Origin: Ignavibacteria bacterium
GTDB lineage: Bacteria > Bacteroidota > Ignavibacteria > Ignavibacteriales > Ignavibacteriaceae
Length of the DNA stretch: 64,000 nt
Direction of reading: 5' to 3'
Assembly (NCBI GenBank): GCA_030684555.1
Contig: JAUXVN010000071.1
Coordinates: forward strand, 4,197 to 68,196
Part shown: piece by piece, positions 17,597 to 27,455 of the stretch
Position numbering within the stretch: position 1 is the first letter of the stretch
Layout of the letters: each line of letters starts with the position of its first letter
Translations under genes and position numbers: made by a program
The notes under the pieces: generated by a model
Databases searched by the model: none
The model's input: only the letters and a program-made list of their open reading frames with translations
What the model was told of the DNA's origin: nothing

Positions 17597-18655
17597 ATGA
17601 ATGATATTGAAAAACTTGGATTTGATAAATGGTTTCAAGATAAATCTGAAACATCAAAATCAGATAGCTTTCAAATAGTAAGAGTAATCAGTGTAAATAA
17701 AAATAGTTTAACCGTTTCAAACGGAAAGAAAGATATTTATGCTGAACTAACCGGAAAATTTTTATACAATTCTGATTCCCCTCTGGATTTACCGACTGTT
17801 GGCGATTGGGTTTATGCTCAATTATTTGATGATGATTCTCTGGCTGTTATTCACGAAATATTCCCGAGAAAGTCATTATTAAAAAGAAAAACTTCCGGCA
17901 AAAAAATTGAACATCAACTAATCGCTGCAAATATTGATACTGCTATAATTATTCAATCACTTGATTCCAATTATAATTTAAGAAGACTGGAACGTTACTT
18001 AGTGATGATAAACGAGAGTAATATTACTCCGGTTATTTTCCTCAGCAAGAGTGATCTTTTGAGTATAGAAGAGATTGAAAGTAAGAAAAATGAAATTATT
18101 CAAATAATACCCGATATTAAAACAGAAGTATTCAGTAACAACAATAAACTCGATATCGAGAATATTAAAAATTACTTTACTCCATTCAAAACTTTTTGTC
18201 TGCTTGGGTCATCGGGTGTTGGTAAAACTACATTATTAAATAATCTTATCCACCAAGATCTTTATAAAACTCAACCAATCAGAGAGAAAGATGGAAGAGG
18301 AAAACATACTACCACTCGCCGTGAACTGATAGTTTTGGAGAACGGGGCAATAGTAATTGATAATCCCGGAATGCGTGAACTTGGGGTTATATCTGCTGAT
18401 TCGGGTCTCGATGATACATTTAATGAAATTGCAGAATTATCAGAACATTGCCGCTTTAAAGATTGTACTCATACAGTTGAAAAAGGTTGTGCAATTTTGA
18501 ATGGGTTGGAAGAAGGGATGATCTCAAATGAACGTTATCAGAATTATATAAAATTGTATAAGGAATCTTTGTATTACGAAATGTCCTATTATGAAAAGAG
18601 ACAAAAAGATAAAAAGTTCGGGAAATTCCTTCACACTTATCTGAAAAATAAATAA
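17597..18655 (+). CDS. rsgA: Ribosome small-subunit-dependent GTPase A
   Basis: Circularly permuted GTPase: G4-type LSKSD precedes the P-loop GSSGVGKTTLLN. DNPGMRE. C-terminal zinc cluster CRFKDCTHTVEKGC. Confidence 0.9.
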   Translation: MNDIEKLGFDKWFQDKSETSKSDSFQIVRVISVNKNSLTVSNGKKDIYAELTGKFLYNSDSPLDLPTVGDWVYAQLFDDDSLAVIHEIFPRKSLLKRKTSGKKIEHQLIAANIDTAIIIQSLDSNYNLRRLERYLVMINESNITPVIFLSKSDLLSIEEIESKKNEIIQIIPDIKTEVFSNNNKLDIENIKNYFTPFKTFCLLGSSGVGKTTLLNNLIHQDLYKTQPIREKDGRGKHTTTRRELIVLENGAIVIDNPGMRELGVISADSGLDDTFNEIAELSEHCRFKDCTHTVEKGCAILNGLEEGMISNERYQNYIKLYKESLYYEMSYYEKRQKDKKFGKFLHTYLKNK

Positions 18656-18844
18656 TACCTATTCACAAAAATAGTCTACTCAAATATCAATTATAAGCTG
18701 CTGATTTTTAGACTATCATTTTTTAATTTTAACTATTTCCCCATCCGCAAGTACTTAAAAAATCACAAAAATAAATCCTTCCCCATCAGAAAAAACGATT
18801 CACGAGAAATATTGAATTAGTTTTGCCGCAGAAAATTCAAAAAA

Positions 18845-21145
18845 ATGGAGAATTGTATGCAAAGTAAAATTAAAATTCTGATACTCATCTTTATTCTGTT
18901 CACACAGGTAGATGGAATGGTGAAGATTAATTCCCTAAACGGAACAGTTGTGGATAAAGAAACCAGACAACCTTTAATCGGAGTTAATATCTATTTACAA
19001 AATAAAAATATCGGTACGACCACCAATGATAAAGGATATTATAATTTTGAAAATCTCGAAGCAGCTAATTACACAGTTATTTTTAGTTATGTCGGTTACA
19101 CAAAATTAACTAAAACGGATATTGTTATTAGATCGGGGAGAGAAACAGAGTTAAATATTTTTATGGAAGCTGAAAGTTTCGAACTTGAGAATGTAGTTGT
19201 AACCGGTGGTTATTATTCGGGATTGAAAGAAAAACCGGTTAGCACAATAAGCTATTCTAATGAAGAAGTTAGAAGAGCACCCGGGGCAGGTGGTGATATT
19301 GGACGTATTTTAACCTCACTTCCGTCAATTGCCAAAACTAACGACCAGAGAAATAGTTTGATAGTTAGAGGAGGAAGTTCTCTCGAGAATGTTTCTTTCA
19401 TTGATAATATTGAGATACCAAACATAAATCACTTTCCTGTTCAGGGAAATTCGGGGGGTGCTATTTCATTAATTGACGTTGATTTTTTAAGCGATGTTAC
19501 ATTCAGCGCCGGAGGATTTTCAGCAATTTATGGTGATAAACTTTCATCTATTCTTGAATTAAAGTATAGAGAAGGAAATTACCAGAAGTTTTATCCGCAA
19601 CTAAATCTTAGTATGAAAGGAGTCGGGATATCGGCTGAGGGTCCTATTATTAAAGATAAAATGAGTTTTCTTTTTTCTGCTAATAGGAGTTATCTCGATA
19701 TGCTTCTTGAAGCATCACAAGCAGATGGGGCATTGCCAAGATATTATGACATTCAGGGGAAAATCAGTTGGCAGATTAATGAAAATAATAAATTATCACT
19801 TATCAATATTTTGGGGGATGATTTAACCGAACTCAGTTATGATAAATCAGTTGAAAGTGGTGAAAATTCCTACGGATTAACCAAGTCTGTTAATAATACT
19901 ATGGGAATCAATTGGCAGAATATTTGGGAGAAGAATGGTTATTCAAACAGCTCAATATCACACAATTTTCAGAAGTATAAATATGATCTAAAAAAAACAT
20001 CTGACATGCAGCCCGATTTTTATAATGAGTCGATTGAAAATCAGTTTAATTTCAGAAATATAAATTATTACAAAATGTCTGATGATATTAAAATTGAGTT
20101 TGGTGCCGAAGCTAAATATGTCATTAATGATTTTTTGCTAAAATTCGGTGAAAGCAAAAATGAAAATGGAGAAGTAAAAGCGGCTTACGACATTAACAGA
20201 AAACTTAATTTATTCACAACTTCGGGATATTTCACACTAAACTATAATTTGAGTGAAAAGTTAAGTTTAATTCCCGGGTTGAGGTTTGATTATTATGATG
20301 TGAATAAAAAGAGTTTACTTTCGCCAAGATTAACATTAAGCTATCAGTTAAGTAATATTTCTGCAATAAGTATAAGTTCGGGCATTTACTATCAGAATAT
20401 ACCTGCAATAATACTTGTACAGAATGATGAATACAAAAATCTGGATGTGCCGAAAGCATATCATTTTATTGCCGGATACAGTTTAATGTTAAGTGAGGAT
20501 ACAAAACTATCGTTCGAAATATATAATAAGGAATACAGAAAATTTCCGATGGACACCTCTGATCCGGAAAAATTTTTACTTGATAAACCTGTTGCAGATC
20601 ATGTCAGCAGATATGACGGTACATTAAATTCCGATGGTGAAGCTTATGCGAGAGGGGTTGAACTTACTATTCAAAAGAAGATGGCTAAAAATATTTACGG
20701 ACTTTTCAGTCTTTCTTATTCAAAAACCAAGTACAAAGATTTGAATGGCATTTGGCGCGATAGAATTTATGATAATCAATTTATGTTTGCACTTGAAGGG
20801 GGTTATAAACCAGGCGAAAGCTGGGATTTAAGTTTGAAATGGTTATATGCAGGGGGAGCCCCTTTTACTCCTTATGATGAAGTAAAATCTAAAACAGAAA
20901 GAAGGGGAGTGCTTGATTTAAATAAATATAACGGAGAAAGATTTCAGGATTATCACTCTTTAACGATACGCCTTGATAAAAGATTTAATTTTACAAACTC
21001 TAATCTTGTTGTTTACCTCGATGTATGGAATATTTATAACAGGACAAATATCGCCGGATATGAATGGAGTGAAAGTAGAAATGAAAAAAGAGAGATTAAA
21101 CAGTGGAGTATTTTACCGGTTTTAGGGATTGAATATGAGTTTTAA
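18845..21145 (+). CDS. TonB-dependent outer-membrane receptor with N-terminal carboxypeptidase-regulatory-like domain
   Basis: GTVVDKETRQPLIGVNIYL...GYYNFENL (CarboxypepD_reg), a plug region, and a beta-barrel ending in a terminal aromatic residue (GIEYEF). Confidence 0.8.
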   Translation: MENCMQSKIKILILIFILFTQVDGMVKINSLNGTVVDKETRQPLIGVNIYLQNKNIGTTTNDKGYYNFENLEAANYTVIFSYVGYTKLTKTDIVIRSGRETELNIFMEAESFELENVVVTGGYYSGLKEKPVSTISYSNEEVRRAPGAGGDIGRILTSLPSIAKTNDQRNSLIVRGGSSLENVSFIDNIEIPNINHFPVQGNSGGAISLIDVDFLSDVTFSAGGFSAIYGDKLSSILELKYREGNYQKFYPQLNLSMKGVGISAEGPIIKDKMSFLFSANRSYLDMLLEASQADGALPRYYDIQGKISWQINENNKLSLINILGDDLTELSYDKSVESGENSYGLTKSVNNTMGINWQNIWEKNGYSNSSISHNFQKYKYDLKKTSDMQPDFYNESIENQFNFRNINYYKMSDDIKIEFGAEAKYVINDFLLKFGESKNENGEVKAAYDINRKLNLFTTSGYFTLNYNLSEKLSLIPGLRFDYYDVNKKSLLSPRLTLSYQLSNISAISISSGIYYQNIPAIILVQNDEYKNLDVPKAYHFIAGYSLMLSEDTKLSFEIYNKEYRKFPMDTSDPEKFLLDKPVADHVSRYDGTLNSDGEAYARGVELTIQKKMAKNIYGLFSLSYSKTKYKDLNGIWRDRIYDNQFMFALEGGYKPGESWDLSLKWLYAGGAPFTPYDEVKSKTERRGVLDLNKYNGERFQDYHSLTIRLDKRFNFTNSNLVVYLDVWNIYNRTNIAGYEWSESRNEKREIKQWSILPVLGIEYEF

Positions 21146-21166
21146 ATTGTATGCTCATATCATGAT

Positions 21167-22324
21167 TTATTGAGGATTATTTAATCCCTTATCCCTATAC
21201 TCCGATGGAGTTTGATTATAGATTTTTTTGAATATTTTATAAAAGGCAGTTTTGGAATTAAAACCGGCATCGTATGAAAGAGCTAAAATACTGTATCTTT
21301 TTTCTTTGTCGGTTTCCATAAGCCTAATAAATTCTTCAGCGCGGTATGAATTTATAAAGTCATAAAAATTCTGATTTAAGTATTGGTTTAACACCTGCGA
21401 AAGGTTATGTAATGATACATTAAGTTTTATGGCTAACTGATTAAGATTAAGATCAGGATTGCGGTATGGCTTTTCGGTTTCCATAAGATTCTTAAGATTC
21501 ACTATAATAACTTTTGCTTCATCGTCAGATAATCCTGATCTGCTGTAGGATTGTTTGATATCATTTACCGAAGTTGCAATTTCTTCATCTTTTGAATTGT
21601 TAATATGTATTTTTACCTCCGGTTGTTTTAGAGTAACATAACCCAAAAAAGAAAACCAGAAAGACATAAAAATAAATACAGGGTATTTTATATTAAAAGG
21701 AAGCAGATGTTCAATTAAATGAAGAGTTATTACTAAAACAATTGCAATGAGTATTCCAAATGAAAATGAATTTAGCCAGTATAAATTTTTAAAATCTATT
21801 TTTGAATAGACATCTTTAATCCTTTTATTTATTTGCCTTATTTCAGCTATCACCAGAAACATAAAAACTGCTACAACTATTGGTAATAATGCAACTAGGA
21901 TTGAAAAAAACTTATGTTCTGCAAAGTTATTATCAATAAGATTAAGTCTCTCTATTATTGAATGTGAATGAAGTAAAAACTGCATTGAGCCATAAAAAAG
22001 GAAGAAAGGGAGCAATAGCAAATAATGTTTAAGTTTGAGGACTCTTGTTTCATCCCCCAGCAGATAAACAAAATAGTAAAAGAGCGGTGCATATAAGAGA
22101 GGTATCCCTATCGTACTGCCGATAAACTGTGGGTAGGTATCAATCATCGTTAGTTCGTATATACAATAAAGTAATTCCACCCCTAAAAGTGCCAAAGCAA
22201 AAGCAAGGAGTGAGTTTGCACGATAGTTTGGCTTTTTCTTTAATAATAATGTTGAAAGAGTTAAAGACTGAATTGTACCAAAACTAAATATTGCAATAAG
22301 TATGTAATCTGTATAATTATTCAT
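21167..22324 (-). CDS. Membrane-anchored AraC/XylS-family transcriptional regulator
   Basis: About 7 N-terminal TM helices. C-terminal HTH_18-like segment LNQLAIKLNVSLHNLSQVLN...GFNSKTAFYKIFKK. Confidence 0.75.
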   Translation of the reverse strand: MNNYTDYILIAIFSFGTIQSLTLSTLLLKKKPNYRANSLLAFALALLGVELLYCIYELTMIDTYPQFIGSTIGIPLLYAPLFYYFVYLLGDETRVLKLKHYLLLLPFFLFYGSMQFLLHSHSIIERLNLIDNNFAEHKFFSILVALLPIVVAVFMFLVIAEIRQINKRIKDVYSKIDFKNLYWLNSFSFGILIAIVLVITLHLIEHLLPFNIKYPVFIFMSFWFSFLGYVTLKQPEVKIHINNSKDEEIATSVNDIKQSYSRSGLSDDEAKVIIVNLKNLMETEKPYRNPDLNLNQLAIKLNVSLHNLSQVLNQYLNQNFYDFINSYRAEEFIRLMETDKEKRYSILALSYDAGFNSKTAFYKIFKKIYNQTPSEYRDKGLNNPQ

Positions 22325-22507
22325 CCCCCCAAACTTAAAAAAAAGGATAATTAAAATGGATGAAAATAATTTAAAATTATTAGCTTAGAGCTAATCGAAA
22401 ATATTCAAACCTAAATAAGATGTTATTATTTGAGACCTTGTGTCCCGGTGGTAACTTCCAGGAACTGCAAAGCTTCACATACTCGCTCCAAAAATGTCGA
22501 AGTTCTT

Positions 22508-22969
22508 TTATGGTTTTTCTACGATATCTTTAAGTAGATTTAAAGCTTTAGGCCATACCTCCACGAAAAAATCAGTAAAATCTTCTGTTGTATCAGTTTC
22601 AACAGTTACGATTGTAATATCATTAATTTCTTCAAAAGAATAATTTTCATGTCCCCCGGCCCATTTTTCCACTTCAGGCCCTTCAGTTATTTCTGTTGCC
22701 CCATCTAAAATTCCACAGTGACAGATTGAAACAAAGCTATTTGGGATGTTCTCTACTATCTCTGAAACCATTCCACCTTGTTTACCATTTTCAGCTGTCC
22801 CGATAAAATGGATTTTGGAACCTTTTTCCCAACTCCCTTTATAAGTAGAGGTCGGGTTAAAAATTGATGTCCATTGTTCATAGGTTTCAATATTGTCAAT
22901 ACCTAACATTGTGTTATAAACTTTTGCGGCAGAAGCCTTAATTTCAATTTTAAATTGCAGCTTTTTCAT
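22508..22969 (-). CDS. SRPBCC (AHSA1/START-like) domain protein
   Basis: Size and pattern (IEIKASAAKVYNTM...WTSIF...) fit the Aha1/START-like fold family. Confidence 0.55.
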   Translation of the reverse strand: MKKLQFKIEIKASAAKVYNTMLGIDNIETYEQWTSIFNPTSTYKGSWEKGSKIHFIGTAENGKQGGMVSEIVENIPNSFVSICHCGILDGATEITEGPEVEKWAGGHENYSFEEINDITIVTVETDTTEDFTDFFVEVWPKALNLLKDIVEKP

Positions 22970-23341
22970 TTGATCCTTTTCAGAGAATTTGTTAAGGGAG
23001 TTAAAAATTAATTCTTGCTAAAAATATAACTTTTCCGGGAGCAGTCGATTGAAATTTCCACACACACACACTTATTGTGATGCAATTTGGGAATTTTAAA
23101 AATAAAATGCCATAGTAATCAGTGTAAAATGTATTCTGATTTTTTCGTCTGATTATTTGGAGGAGTATTAGGGGAAGGTTAAGCATGGATGAAATACCAA
23201 TAAAAGGATTAGAATCAACGTTTTAAGTAAGTTGTTAATAAATATTTCCATCAAATAATTTACAGCTATATTGCCATTATTAGAAAAATCCCCTATATTA
23301 GCAAGCCTATTTAAAAATGTCTTTATATTTTAAAGAATAGA

Positions 23342-23416
23342 CGGGGCGTAGCGTAGTCCGGTTATCGCGCCTGCTTTGGGAGCAGGAGGTCGCAAGTTCG
23401 AATCTTGCCGCCCCGA
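23342..23416 (+). tRNA. tRNA-Pro (anticodon TGG)
   Basis: Acceptor cggggcg/cgccccg. Anticodon arm cctgc-tTTGGGa-gcagg. Confidence 0.88.
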
Positions 23417-23467
23417 CAAAGGTTCTATTTTGTTTCGGATATTATCTATCCTTTTTTTGTTTTAAGC

Positions 23468-23541
23468 GCGCCCGTAGCTCAATCGGATAGAGCAACAGCC
23501 TTCTAAGCTGTAGGTTAGTGGTTCGATTCCACTCGGGCGTA
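23468..23541 (+). tRNA. tRNA-Arg (anticodon TCT)
   Basis: Acceptor gcgcccg/cgggcgt. Anticodon arm acagc-cTTCTAa-gctgt. Confidence 0.88.
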
Positions 23542-23594
23542 CAAAAAAATTAAAATAGAATTATCGTTCTTGAATTTCATTTTGCCGTTTAAAT

Positions 23595-23669
23595 GGTGAG
23601 CGTAGCTCAGTTGGTTAGAGCACCAGGTTGTGGCCCTGGGGGTCGTGGGTTCAATTCCCATCGCTCACC
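23595..23669 (+). tRNA. tRNA-His (anticodon GTG)
   Basis: Extra 5' G (G-1) opposite discriminator C. Anticodon arm ccagg-tTGTGGc-cctgg. Confidence 0.88.
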
Positions 23670-23691
23670 CAACCATTTCTAAAAATTAAAT

Positions 23692-23763
23692 GGCCCCATC
23701 GTCTAATGGTTAGGACCTCGCCCTTTCACGGCGGTAATAGGGGTTCGAATCCCCTTGGGGTCA
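23692..23763 (+). tRNA. tRNA-Glu (anticodon TTC), second identical copy
   Basis: Base-for-base identical to 661..732. Confidence 0.9.
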
Positions 23764-23767
23764 CCAC

Positions 23768-23837
23768 AAATGAGGCTGTCTCAATATTATCATTTTTTCC
23801 GAATGTTAATATTTTGAGACAGCCTCATTTTTTTTAT
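23768..23837 (+). terminator. Long-stem rho-independent terminator closing the tRNA cluster
   Basis: aaatgaggctgtctcaatatta ... taatatt(tt)gagacagcctcattt followed by a T-run. Confidence 0.7.
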
Positions 23838-24018
23838 CAATTCAAACAATTTTCCCCGAAAATATTTTCTAACAAAATTGATTTTAAAACCTGGAATTTA
23901 TAAGTTAACCAGGTCATTTAATTGAATACTCATCAAAATTACTATTGCATGCAAAAGAGTTATTTATCAGGGGATTCATTTCAACAATTCTTCAAATTCA
24001 ATTCATAGGAGAACATGA

Positions 24019-24690
24019 ATGAGTTGGTTTAATACATTCTTTAATTCATCGATCGGCAAGAAATTATTTATGGGGATTACCGGTATAAGCCTCATATTAT
24101 TTCTAAAATTTCATCTCATCAACAATTTATCTCTATTTGGCGGACCCGAAATTTTTAACACAGTTGTTAAAAATTTAGAATCAATCAAACCATTAGTGAG
24201 GGTTATTGAAGTTGTTCTTGCCTTAATATTTTTAATACATATCTTTAATGGAATAAGACTCTGGATAGAGAATAAAAAAGCTCGTCCGGTTAAATATGCT
24301 GTAAATGGTTCATCAAAAAATAGTACAATTTATTCCCGAACAATGGCACAAACCGGAAGTATAATTTTTATTTTTTTAGTCATTCATTTGAGGACTTTCT
24401 GGATGTCTTTTAATTCAATCGGAGTTGTTGGGATAGAGGAACATAAGTATTATGAGTTTGTTGCATCAACATTTTTAGACCCGATTTATTCCGGATTTTA
24501 TGTATTCGCAATGATTTTATTAGGGCTTCACTTAAATCACGGATTTCAGAGTGTGTTTCAAACATTTGGATGGACTCATAAAAAATATACACCGATCATA
24601 AATGTAATTGGAACAATATATTCGATTTTTGTAGCAATAGCATTTGCATCAATTCCGATATACTTTTTATTTATTCAGGGAGGTAAATAA
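24019..24690 (+). CDS. sdhC: Succinate dehydrogenase/fumarate reductase cytochrome b subunit (b558 family)
   Basis: Five-TM membrane protein directly upstream of sdhA, with overlapping stop/start. Confidence 0.8.
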   Translation: MSWFNTFFNSSIGKKLFMGITGISLILFLKFHLINNLSLFGGPEIFNTVVKNLESIKPLVRVIEVVLALIFLIHIFNGIRLWIENKKARPVKYAVNGSSKNSTIYSRTMAQTGSIIFIFLVIHLRTFWMSFNSIGVVGIEEHKYYEFVASTFLDPIYSGFYVFAMILLGLHLNHGFQSVFQTFGWTHKKYTPIINVIGTIYSIFVAIAFASIPIYFLFIQGGK

Positions 24691-26600
24691 TGGCTGTTTT
24701 AGATTCCAAAATACCTGCCGGAAACTTACGAGATAAATGGACTAATCATAAGTTCAATATGAAATTAGTTAATCCGGCAAACAAAAGAAAATATGATATT
24801 ATTGTTGTCGGAACAGGGTTAGCCGGAGCTTCAGCTGCAGCTAGTCTTGGTGAGTTAGGTTATAATGTCTCTGCTTTTACTTTTCATGATTCAGCTAGAC
24901 GTGCCCACAGTATTTCTGCTCAAGGTGGAATTAATGCTTCAAAGAATTATCAAAATGATGGTGATTCTGTTTATCGACTTTTTTACGATACAGTTAAAGG
25001 AGGAGATTTTAGAGCACGTGAAGCGAATGTTCATCGCTTAGCTGAGGTCAGTGACAATATTATTGATCAATGCGTGGCTCAGGGTGTTCCTTTTGCAAGA
25101 GAATATGGCGGATTGTTAGATAACAGATCTTTTGGCGGTGCTCAAGTTTCCAGAACATTTTATGCAAGAGGTCAAACAGGTCAACAGTTATTACTCGGTG
25201 CTGTTTCAGCATTGAATAGGCAAGTTGGACTTGGCAAGGTAAAATTGTATACACGTAGAGAAATGCTTAGTTTAGTTTTAGTAGATGGTGTTGCGAAAGG
25301 AATCTTAGTAAGAAATTTAGTCACCGGTGAAGTTGAGAAACATTCAGCACATGCGGTTATACTTGCTACAGGAGGTTACGCAAATGTCTTCTTCCTCTCA
25401 ACAAATGCCATGAATTCTAATGCGACTGCAATTTGGCGTGCACACAAAAAGGGAGCGATGTTTGCAAATCCTTGCTTCACACAAATTCATCCTACGTGCT
25501 TACCCGTTCATGGTGAAAGTCAGTCTAAGTTAACATTGATGAGTGAAAGTCTACGTAATGATGGAAGAGTGTGGGTTTCGAAAAAGAAAAATGACATGCG
25601 CGCTCCCGGGCAAATTCCTGAAGATGAAAGAGATTATTATCTCGAAAGGAAGTATCCATCTTTTGGAAATCTCTCCCCTCGCGATATCTCTTCAAGAAGT
25701 GCTAAAGAAGTTTGTGATGAAGGTCGCGGTGTAATGGGGGGTGATGCAGTTTATCTTGATTTCGAAGATTCTATAAATCGTCTCGGTAAAAAAGCAATCG
25801 AAGAAAAATATGGAAATCTTTTTGAAATATATGAAACAATAACCGGTGAAAATCCCTACAACGTTCCAATGAAAATTTACCCTGCTCCGCACTATACAAT
25901 GGGTGGTTTATGGGTTGATTATAATCTGATGAGCAATGTACCGGGATTATTTATTCTTGGAGAAGCAAATTTCTCTGACCACGGGGCTAACCGCTTAGGG
26001 GCAAGTGCTCTTATGCAAGGATTAGCTGATGGTTATTTTGTTATCCCTTATACAGTCGGTGATTATTTAGCTTCACAAAAACCAACATTGGTTAAAACTG
26101 ATCATCCGGAATTTGTTAAGGCAGAATCTGAATTAAATGAGCAAGTAAAAAAACTTCTTTCAATTAAAGGGAAACGAACTGTTGATGACTTCCACAAGAC
26201 TTTGGGTAGAATAATGTGGAATAAAGTTGGCATGGCTCGAAATGATAAAGGTTTGAAAGAAGCAATTGAAGAAATTCGAGCATTGAGAAGTGAATATTGG
26301 AAAGACGTAAATGTTGTTGGTAGTAACGGAGATTTCAATCAGACCCTTGAAAGAGCAGGACGTGTTGCTGATTATTTAGAGCTTGGTGAATTGATGGCTC
26401 TTGATGCTCTTACAAGAAATGAATCCTGTGGTGGACATTTTAGGGAAGAATTCCAAACGGAGGATGGTGAAGCTAAACGTGATGATCAAAATTATACATT
26501 CGTTTCGGCGTGGGAATTCATAAATCCAGGGGAATGGAATCTTCATAAAGAAAACCTCGAATATGAAAGTGTCAAATTATCCCAAAGGAGTTATAAATAA
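24690..26600 (+). CDS. sdhA: Succinate dehydrogenase/fumarate reductase flavoprotein subunit
   Basis: FAD-binding motif [31 protein letters not shown] contains the covalent-FAD histidine motif. HYTMGG. Confidence 0.93.
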   Translation: MAVLDSKIPAGNLRDKWTNHKFNMKLVNPANKRKYDIIVVGTGLAGASAAASLGELGYNVSAFTFHDSARRAHSISAQGGINASKNYQNDGDSVYRLFYDTVKGGDFRAREANVHRLAEVSDNIIDQCVAQGVPFAREYGGLLDNRSFGGAQVSRTFYARGQTGQQLLLGAVSALNRQVGLGKVKLYTRREMLSLVLVDGVAKGILVRNLVTGEVEKHSAHAVILATGGYANVFFLSTNAMNSNATAIWRAHKKGAMFANPCFTQIHPTCLPVHGESQSKLTLMSESLRNDGRVWVSKKKNDMRAPGQIPEDERDYYLERKYPSFGNLSPRDISSRSAKEVCDEGRGVMGGDAVYLDFEDSINRLGKKAIEEKYGNLFEIYETITGENPYNVPMKIYPAPHYTMGGLWVDYNLMSNVPGLFILGEANFSDHGANRLGASALMQGLADGYFVIPYTVGDYLASQKPTLVKTDHPEFVKAESELNEQVKKLLSIKGKRTVDDFHKTLGRIMWNKVGMARNDKGLKEAIEEIRALRSEYWKDVNVVGSNGDFNQTLERAGRVADYLELGELMALDALTRNESCGGHFREEFQTEDGEAKRDDQNYTFVSAWEFINPGEWNLHKENLEYESVKLSQRSYK

Positions 26601-27367
26601 TGAGCGGGAAGAATATAAATGTATCTTTAAAAATTTGGCGGCAAGATGGACCTAAAACGGTTGGATCTTTTGCTGAATATAAAATTTCTATTTCACCCGA
26701 TGCATCTTTTCTAGAAATGCTTGATGAAATAAATAATGATCTTGAAAGTAAAAATCAAATTCCTATTGCATTCGAAAGTGATTGTAGAGAAGGTATATGC
26801 GGAACTTGCGGACTTGTGATTAATGGTCAGCCGCATGGACCAATTCCAAAAATCGCCACTTGCCAACTTCATATGCGGAATTTTAAGGATGGAGATCCCA
26901 TCTGGATTGAACCATTCAGAGCAAAAGCTTTTCCGATTATTAAAGATTTGGTAGTTGATCGTTCGGGTTTTGATGAAATTCTACAAACCGGAGGATACAT
27001 TTCAATTAATACAGGTGGAGTTCCGGATGCAAATGCAATTCCAATTTCTAAAGATATCGCTTCATTAGCAATGGATGCAGCAGCATGTATAGGCTGTGGA
27101 GCTTGTGTAGCAGCATGTAAAAATGCTTCAGCAATGTTATTTGTAAGTGCAAAAGTATCGCAATATGCGTTATTGCCTCAAGGCCAACCGGAGCGTTCTC
27201 AGAGAGTTCAATCTATGGTAGCAAAAATGGATGAACTTGGTTTTGGAAGTTGTACTAATACTTATGCTTGTGAAGCGGAATGCCCTAAAGGGATTTCAGT
27301 TACTAATATTGCAAGGATGAATAGAGACTATATTAAAGCCTCTGTCACTTCTAACTCTGTTGAGTAA
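26600..27367 (+). CDS. sdhB: Succinate dehydrogenase/fumarate reductase iron-sulfur subunit
   Basis: 2Fe-2S motif [10 protein letters not shown], 4Fe-4S motif [11 protein letters not shown], 3Fe-4S motif [12 protein letters not shown]. Confidence 0.92.
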   Translation: MSGKNINVSLKIWRQDGPKTVGSFAEYKISISPDASFLEMLDEINNDLESKNQIPIAFESDCREGICGTCGLVINGQPHGPIPKIATCQLHMRNFKDGDPIWIEPFRAKAFPIIKDLVVDRSGFDEILQTGGYISINTGGVPDANAIPISKDIASLAMDAAACIGCGACVAACKNASAMLFVSAKVSQYALLPQGQPERSQRVQSMVAKMDELGFGSCTNTYACEAECPKGISVTNIARMNRDYIKASVTSNSVE

Positions 27368-27388
27368 TTTCTGCGTTGGATAAGCTAA

Positions 27389-27422
27389 TAATCCCGATTA
27401 TCTTTTAATCGGGATTTTTTTT
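27389..27422 (+). terminator. Rho-independent terminator after sdhB
   Basis: aatcccgatta-tctt-ttaatcgggatt followed by T8. Confidence 0.8.
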
Positions 27423-27455
27423 ATTTTCAATGTAATAATTAATTCGGCAATTCAA

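Noticed and set aside
23001-23186. 61-aa minus-strand ORF plus a short (CA)n-like tract near 23060
   Set aside because: The ORF has no motif and lies in a promoter-like gap upstream of the tRNA cluster. The CA tract is only about 6 repeats.
23628-23903. 91-aa ORF
   Set aside because: It reads straight through tRNA-His and tRNA-Glu and the terminator.
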